Source: Verrucomicrobiota bacterium
GTDB taxonomy: Bacteria > Verrucomicrobiota > Verrucomicrobiia > Limisphaerales > SXQI01
Direction of reading: 5' to 3'
Assembly (NCBI GenBank): GCA_033762115.1
Contig: JANRLX010000037.1
Location: forward strand, 1-41,795
DNA: 41,795 bases
A model generated the notes under the pieces. It saw only the letters and a list, made by a program, of their open reading frames with translations, made no database searches and was not told where the DNA came from. The translations under genes were made by a program, and so were the position numbers. Positions 36,418-41,795 of the stretch are shown piece after piece. The number at the start of each line of letters is the position of its first letter. Within the stretch, counting starts at the first letter, position 1.

Positions 36418-37434
36418 ATGGTCATTGCGTTCTACAGCCGAGCATTGAACCACCTGAGATCAAGACCGATTCTCAGGGCGTTTGCCCTTTCCCTGGCGCT
36501 ACATATGGCGCTGTTTTTTATTGTGGAGTTTGGCCGGACGGTAGGCTTTTGGAAAACTTCGCTGCTTCCCAGAAATGCCAGCATTGCGGAAATCCAAAAG
36601 CAATTGGCAAAACTGACCGAAGCCGCCCAGCAACAACGGGAGGAACCGCAGATGATTTTCGTGGAAGTGGATCCCTCCCAGGCGACCCGCGAGGAACCGA
36701 AAGAGGCACTCCACTATTCAACAGCCAATACTATGGCGGCCAACCCGATCCCGAAGGATGGCACTGTTCCTCGCATTGACGGTTCCCAGGAGAAAGTGCC
36801 CAAGGTGCTTGACATTGCCAAAGCTTCGCCGCCGCGGGAGACGCTCGCACCTGAACAACCTCAACCGGCAAAACCGCAGGAACAGCCAGCGCAAAAAAAC
36901 ACCCAAAACTCCACGAGCGAGAATATTTCCAAAACAGACCCAATCCAGCCGGGGGATTTTTTGGAACCAGGCAATAAAAAACCGAGCTTCAGCACGTCCA
37001 AACCGCCACCGAAACCGCGTCCACGCACACTAGCCCAGGCAGCACAACAACAGGGGATCATTGAAGGACCTAAAATGAAGCAACAGGGAGGGGTCCGGCG
37101 AATTGCCATTGAGAGCAACCTGGATGTAAAAAACAGTCCTTTCGGAGCTTACGATTCCGCTTTTATTGCAGCGGTGCAGGCCCGCTGGTTCGAACTCGTG
37201 GACAAGAGCGGAACCCGTGGCGAATTGGGAAAAGTGGTTGTTGAATTCCGGCTGAACCGGGATGGACGCATTACAGACATGAGAATGGCTGAATCGCAGG
37301 TCAGTGAGACTTTGGGATGGCTTTGCCAAAGAGCAGTGCTTGATCCCGCTCCCTATGCGCCATTTCCAGCGGATTTGCGGCGGATGTTAAAAACAGATTA
37401 TCGCGAAGTGCGATTCACTTTTCATTATCAATGA
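36418..37434 (+). CDS. TonB/TolA-like energy transducer
   Basis: TM helix with S-x3-H (SLALH), Pro/Gln/Lys-rich spacer, TonB-C-like terminus (VVVEFRLNRDGRI..APYAPFP). TTGCCC-17-CATCCT promoter supports start 36418. Confidence 0.8.
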   Translation: MVIAFYSRALNHLRSRPILRAFALSLALHMALFFIVEFGRTVGFWKTSLLPRNASIAEIQKQLAKLTEAAQQQREEPQMIFVEVDPSQATREEPKEALHYSTANTMAANPIPKDGTVPRIDGSQEKVPKVLDIAKASPPRETLAPEQPQPAKPQEQPAQKNTQNSTSENISKTDPIQPGDFLEPGNKKPSFSTSKPPPKPRPRTLAQAAQQQGIIEGPKMKQQGGVRRIAIESNLDVKNSPFGAYDSAFIAAVQARWFELVDKSGTRGELGKVVVEFRLNRDGRITDMRMAESQVSETLGWLCQRAVLDPAPYAPFPADLRRMLKTDYREVRFTFHYQ

Positions 37435-37452
37435 CTCAATCAATATAGAACT

Positions 37453-38064
37453 ATGTGGGAATTCTTCAGATCGGGCGGACCTTTCATGTTTTTACTGGTG
37501 CTCGCCTCCGTCGTGGGGCTGGCGTTTATCATTGAACGAGGGCTGGCGTTGCGATGGTCCAAGGTGATCCCTCCTTATGTGAAAACCACCGCAGAGAACT
37601 GTAAAACCCGTGAAGACCTTCCACGGCTGACTCAGTCCTGTACCGCCAATCCCTCTCCCACAAGCCGCTTACTCCTGCTGGCGAAAGACAACCTGATGAA
37701 TCCACGCGAAGCAATCGTTGAACTCGTCCAGACAAGAGCCCGGCAGGAAGTGGTTAGACTGGAACGGGGATTGGTTATCCTGGAAATTGTGGTGGGAATA
37801 GCTCCACTGCTTGGATTGGTGGGAACGATTCATGGGTTGATCACCCTCTTCGGGGACCTGGGAAAAACTGGCGTTGCTGATAACGCTGTCCTGGCGAAAG
37901 GAATTGCGATTGCCCTGAACACAACCTTGATGGGGTTGCTGGTCGCCATTCCCTCCCTGGTGGCATGGAGTTACTACAATAAAAAAGTAGAGACCATGGC
38001 CGTGGAAATGGAAGGGGTGCTGGACCAGTTTGTCCGGCAACAAGCAGAGCAGAAGAAAGTTTAA
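37453..38064 (+). CDS. MotA/TolQ/ExbB proton channel protein
   Basis: GG.FM..IIER; APLLGLVGTIHGLI; GIAIALNTTLMGLLVAIP. Confidence 0.92.
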   Translation: MWEFFRSGGPFMFLLVLASVVGLAFIIERGLALRWSKVIPPYVKTTAENCKTREDLPRLTQSCTANPSPTSRLLLLAKDNLMNPREAIVELVQTRARQEVVRLERGLVILEIVVGIAPLLGLVGTIHGLITLFGDLGKTGVADNAVLAKGIAIALNTTLMGLLVAIPSLVAWSYYNKKVETMAVEMEGVLDQFVRQQAEQKKV

Positions 38065-38066
38065 TT

Positions 38067-38486
38067 ATGCGTTTTACCACGCACAAACGGCGCACACCGC
38101 CTACAATCATTATTATCTCCCTGATTGATATTTTGATTGTGCTGCTGATTTTCCTGATGGTCACTACTACATTCAAACAAACGCCTGCGTTGAAACTGGC
38201 CTTGCCTGAATCAAAGCAACCGAAGCAAGGCGGGTCGCCTGATGCGGGAATTATTGTGACCATTGCAAAAAATGAACCGCACATTTTTTTGGATACCCGT
38301 CCGGTAACTTTGGACCGTCTCCAGGGAGAACTGGCTGCCCGCGTGGCAAAAAACCCAAAAATAACCCTCTCGATCAGGGCTGACACTGAAGCTCCATGGG
38401 GACAGATTATTCGGGTAATGGATGCCGCCAAGGGAGCGAAGATCGAAAGGGTCAATGCCTTTACAAAAGCACAGGGACAACGATGA
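38067..38486 (+). CDS. ExbD/TolR family protein
   Basis: SLIDILIVLLIFLMVTTTF with the conserved Asp; IRAD..VMD. Confidence 0.92.
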   Translation: MRFTTHKRRTPPTIIIISLIDILIVLLIFLMVTTTFKQTPALKLALPESKQPKQGGSPDAGIIVTIAKNEPHIFLDTRPVTLDRLQGELAARVAKNPKITLSIRADTEAPWGQIIRVMDAAKGAKIERVNAFTKAQGQR

Positions 38487-38538
38487 GTTGACCATCATCG
38501 TTCTTTCTGCGACAGCATTTCTTCGTTAAGATCATTCA

Positions 38539-39723
38539 ATGACCAAAGCGTTGCATACCTTAAGGGCCGGGGTAATCGGGACCGGCTTTATCGGTCCCGT
38601 CCACATCGAAGCATTGAAACGGCTGGGAGTTCAGGTCACTGCAATTTGCGGCTCCACTCGAAACGCCAGGGCAACCGCGGATCGATGGGGTATTCCGGAA
38701 GTTTATGGCGATTATGATGTGGAAGCGTTATATCGCTCCCCCAACGTGGATGTCGTTCATATTACATCACCCAATAAAGCCCATGTGGAACAATCGCTTC
38801 TGGCATTGAAAGCTGGAAAACATGTGATTTGCGAAAAGCCGCTGGGAATGAACAGTCGTGACACCTCACGGGTTGTGGAAGCAGTCCGCAAAGGAGGAAA
38901 ACAGGGCCCTGTCTTTGCAGTGAATTACATGTGCCGCTTTTTTCCGGCGGTGCTTCAAATGAGGCGGATGGTGGAACGCGGTGACCTCGGTCAGATTATT
39001 CATGTGCAGGGGCATTTCTTTCAGGATTGGTTATTGAAGCAAACCGATTATAACTGGCGGATTCTTTCGGGAGAGGGGGGGAAACTCCGGGCGGTGGGGG
39101 ACATCGGCACCCATTGGATTGATGCAGTTTCGTTTATCCTCGGCGCGAAAGCAGAGGCGATCCATGCCACTCTTGAGACCTTTCATAAAAAGCGGCTTCG
39201 GCCAAAGGGCGAAGTGCAAACGTTTGCAAAGATCGATCCTAAAACAATGGTTCCTTACAAAGTGGATACAGAAGATTTCGCCAGTATCCTGCTTCGTTTT
39301 GGAAAAGCCGCACATGGAAATGCCAAAGGTGTCCATGCCAATTGTTCTGTTTCACAGGTCGCGGCGGGTTGGAAATGCAGTCTGGCAGTGGGAATATATG
39401 GGACAAACGGGAGTGTTCGCTGGGACCTTCAGCAGCCGAATGAAATTATTGTCGGCAGACGTGATGAACCGAACCAAATCCTTCAACGCGGGACCGCCGG
39501 TTTTATGGAAGATGTGGCAGAGTTTACCGACTATCCGGGCGGCCATCCTGAAGGGTTCCCTGACAGTCACAAAATGCATTATCGCGCAGTGTATCAACAT
39601 ATTGCAAGCGGGCGGCAAACCACCCCGCTTTTTGCGACCGCGGAGGATGGCCATTACGAAGTGCGGCTTTGTGAAGCGGCGTTGGAGAGCCATTCCCGGG
39701 ATTCCTGGGTAAAGATAGTCTAA
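38539..39723 (+). CDS. Gfo/Idh/MocA family oxidoreductase
   Basis: GVIGTGFIG, HVICEKPL, DIGTHWID. Confidence 0.9.
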   Translation: MTKALHTLRAGVIGTGFIGPVHIEALKRLGVQVTAICGSTRNARATADRWGIPEVYGDYDVEALYRSPNVDVVHITSPNKAHVEQSLLALKAGKHVICEKPLGMNSRDTSRVVEAVRKGGKQGPVFAVNYMCRFFPAVLQMRRMVERGDLGQIIHVQGHFFQDWLLKQTDYNWRILSGEGGKLRAVGDIGTHWIDAVSFILGAKAEAIHATLETFHKKRLRPKGEVQTFAKIDPKTMVPYKVDTEDFASILLRFGKAAHGNAKGVHANCSVSQVAAGWKCSLAVGIYGTNGSVRWDLQQPNEIIVGRRDEPNQILQRGTAGFMEDVAEFTDYPGGHPEGFPDSHKMHYRAVYQHIASGRQTTPLFATAEDGHYEVRLCEAALESHSRDSWVKIV

Positions 39724-39782
39724 TCCAGAGACAAATTGACCTTGAACATTGTTTTTTGTATTAGCATTCGAGAAATACCAAG

Positions 39783-40094
39783 GTGAAAGGCATTAATCCT
39801 TATAAAATGCAGCCCGGGGTTGAGTTGGACCGGGCAATTCACACTAAACTTTTCGGTTTGGTGGAGGACAGCATCGTTCCTCCCTATTCCACTGAGGAAG
39901 CTGAGGCAAACAAGGTTAAGGCGAAAATCAAAAGTCTTTGGGGAAAACCGATTGTTTGCGGGGAAACACGACTACGTCCCAAGAAATGGTTTGCCCGTTA
40001 CGACTCGGACCCCAGCACCAGCACTGAAGTCCTCGCTGAGAGTTACCCTCTCGCAATTTGTCGGCTGGCTATTGTGCTGGCAGAACGCAGGTGA
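39783..40094 (+). CDS. Hypothetical protein, phage ABA-sandwich/BC1872-like
   Basis: G.ELD..I, PPYST..A and AES.PLAICR.A blocks; GTGA overlap with the amidase gene. Confidence 0.55.
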   Translation: MKGINPYKMQPGVELDRAIHTKLFGLVEDSIVPPYSTEEAEANKVKAKIKSLWGKPIVCGETRLRPKKWFARYDSDPSTSTEVLAESYPLAICRLAIVLAERR

Positions 40095-41212
40095 CCCAGG
40101 AATTCCGAAAGCAACCCAGAGATTCAGGCCGGATGTTTCATCTTTTCCTGGTCATCGGTTTGATTTTTCTCACTGGCTGTCCTTCTCCTCCAAAGCAGCA
40201 GCCAAAGGTAACTCCGCTACTGGTCATTCCTGCCGAACCGCTGAACACTCCCTCCCCTGTAATTACTGAAGCAACTCCGCCTCCGCCTCAACCCCCGGTC
40301 CAACCTTCCTTTAAACCACCAGGGCCGCCGCGGACCAACTGGATCAATTTTTCTGTTTGGGCTGCCACAAACGGATGGAAGCCTTTGCTTCCACAATCGA
40401 TCGGAACCATTTCAAATTCCTATTTGTTCTCCAGTCCCAATGGCAGTTTTGAGCTTCGGCCAGGGCAACCCTTCGGTCGATGGAATGGAACGGCTTTTGC
40501 CTGGGGATTTCCTCCGCAACTCACCAATTCTGCCCTTTGGATCAATCAGCTGGATCTCGAAAAAAATTTGATTCCGCTCCAGTACTCCCCTTCTCTTGGG
40601 AAAGGAGGAACGATTGTGCTCGATCCCGGACATGGTGGAGAAAATTCAGGCGCCCGTTCACGTGATGGCGCCGTTTTGGAAAAATTTGCAGTCATGGATT
40701 GGGCCAGGCGGATTCAAAAGCTTTTGGAAAAGGAAGGATTTCGGGTTGTGCTTACTCGTACCAATGACCTTGATATTCCTTTAACAAACCGTGTTGCGGT
40801 CGCAGAACAAGCCAAGGGTGACCTTTTCATCAGCCTACACTTCAACTCTGTCGATTCTCCCAACGACGAGGCCGGTATCGAAACTTTTTGCCTGACACCA
40901 ACCGGAATGCCATCAACTCTCACTCGAGGTTATGATGATGATCCTGGAAGAAGGTTTCAAAACAATGACCATGACATCGCCAATTTTCAGTTCGCAATAC
41001 GGATTCATCAGAAAATGATCCAGCAGACCGGGAGAAAAGATCGAGGGGTCCGGCGTGCCCGTTTTATGGGTGTGCTGCGGGAACAGAACCGCCCGGCGGT
41101 ACTGCTTGAAGGTGGGTTTCTTTCCAGCCCGGGCGAGGCGGCATTGATCGGCAGCGCTGATTATCGAGAGAAACTTGCTGAAGCGGTGGCGGAAGCGATC
41201 AAATCCTTATGA
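40091..41212 (+). CDS. N-acetylmuramoyl-L-alanine amidase (Amidase_3), predicted lipoprotein
   Basis: Lipobox FLTGC, Pro-rich linker, LDPGHGG, LEK, FISLHFNS, PAVLLEGGFLS. Start GTG 40091 or ATG 40133. Confidence 0.9.
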   Translation: MTQEFRKQPRDSGRMFHLFLVIGLIFLTGCPSPPKQQPKVTPLLVIPAEPLNTPSPVITEATPPPPQPPVQPSFKPPGPPRTNWINFSVWAATNGWKPLLPQSIGTISNSYLFSSPNGSFELRPGQPFGRWNGTAFAWGFPPQLTNSALWINQLDLEKNLIPLQYSPSLGKGGTIVLDPGHGGENSGARSRDGAVLEKFAVMDWARRIQKLLEKEGFRVVLTRTNDLDIPLTNRVAVAEQAKGDLFISLHFNSVDSPNDEAGIETFCLTPTGMPSTLTRGYDDDPGRRFQNNDHDIANFQFAIRIHQKMIQQTGRKDRGVRRARFMGVLREQNRPAVLLEGGFLSSPGEAALIGSADYREKLAEAVAEAIKSL

Positions 41213-41795
41213 ACCAGGAGCAGGCATTGGTCACGGGAGGAGCAGGTTTCATCGGCTCACATTTGGTCGAGCGCCTGCTGGGGGAGGGAAAGCGAGTCGT
41301 TGTCATTGATGATTGTTCCACCGGGCGGGAGGAAAACCTCGCCAGCTGCCAGTCGAACAGTTCCTTTCGTTTTATCAAAAGCAAAGTTTCGTCTTTCGCG
41401 GAGTTGAATGATCTCGTGCAAAACAGCACTGTTGTTTATCACCTTGCCGCCGCAGTGGGCGTTGAACTGGTGGTCCGCTCGCCCATCCGCACCATCGAGA
41501 CCAACCTGAAGGAAGCCCAGTCAATCCTGCAGGCAGCCAGCCTGAAAAAAACACCTGTGCTGATGGCCTCAACATCTGAGGTTTATGGCAAAAGTCATCA
41601 CAGCGTGTTCACTGAAACTGATGATCTGGTGATTGGCCCACCCCATCTCGGAAGATGGAGTTACGCATGTTCCAAACTGATGGATGAGTTCCTTGCGATC
41701 TCTTATTTTAAGGAAATGGGCGTCCCAGTGGTGGTTGCGCGAATGTTCAACACGGTCGGGCCGCGCCAGACCGGCCAGTATGGGATGGTCCTGCC
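41209..41795 (+). CDS. NAD-dependent nucleotide-sugar epimerase/dehydratase, partial (runs off the right edge)
   Basis: Manual translation, absent from the ORF track: MNQEQALVTGGAGFIGSHLVERLL..HLAAAVG..ASTSEVYG..YACSK..FNTVGPRQ; ATGA overlap with the amidase. Confidence 0.92.
   Translation, partial: MNQEQALVTGGAGFIGSHLVERLLGEGKRVVVIDDCSTGREENLASCQSNSSFRFIKSKVSSFAELNDLVQNSTVVYHLAAAVGVELVVRSPIRTIETNLKEAQSILQAASLKKTPVLMASTSEVYGKSHHSVFTETDDLVIGPPHLGRWSYACSKLMDEFLAISYFKEMGVPVVVARMFNTVGPRQTGQYGMVL

Noticed and set aside
1..41795. tRNA, rRNA, CRISPR arrays, IS elements or integrases
   Set aside because: Intergenic gaps are short (about 225 bp at most) and no such signatures were seen; the remaining short alternative-frame ORFs are shadows of real genes.

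Overview
Gene-dense bacterial chromosomal window. Gene content (lamin-tail/CotH giant, PSD1/DUF1501 pair, LpxK, rpsP-khpA-trmD-rplS without rimM) suggests the PVC superphylum, most likely Verrucomicrobiota; this taxonomy is inferred. About 30 CDS are supported, including two edge-truncated genes missing from the ORF track (1-789 minus, 41209-end plus). No rRNA, tRNA, CRISPR array or mobile element was recognised. The highlight is 10409-18642: a cluster resembling the Ralstonia phcBSR(Q) quorum-sensing locus. It has a PhcB-like SAM methyltransferase (candidate fatty-acid methyl ester signal synthase), an expanded PhcS-like sensor carrying two kinase cores and a receiver, a PhcR/Q-like receiver fused to a degenerate kinase, and a further receiver-kinase hybrid. 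A FadL-family outer-membrane lipid channel is transcribed divergently from it. Also notable: a Pho-box-like repeat upstream of the CotH giant and several apparently leaderless genes. Family assignments come from motif recognition and recall, not database searches.
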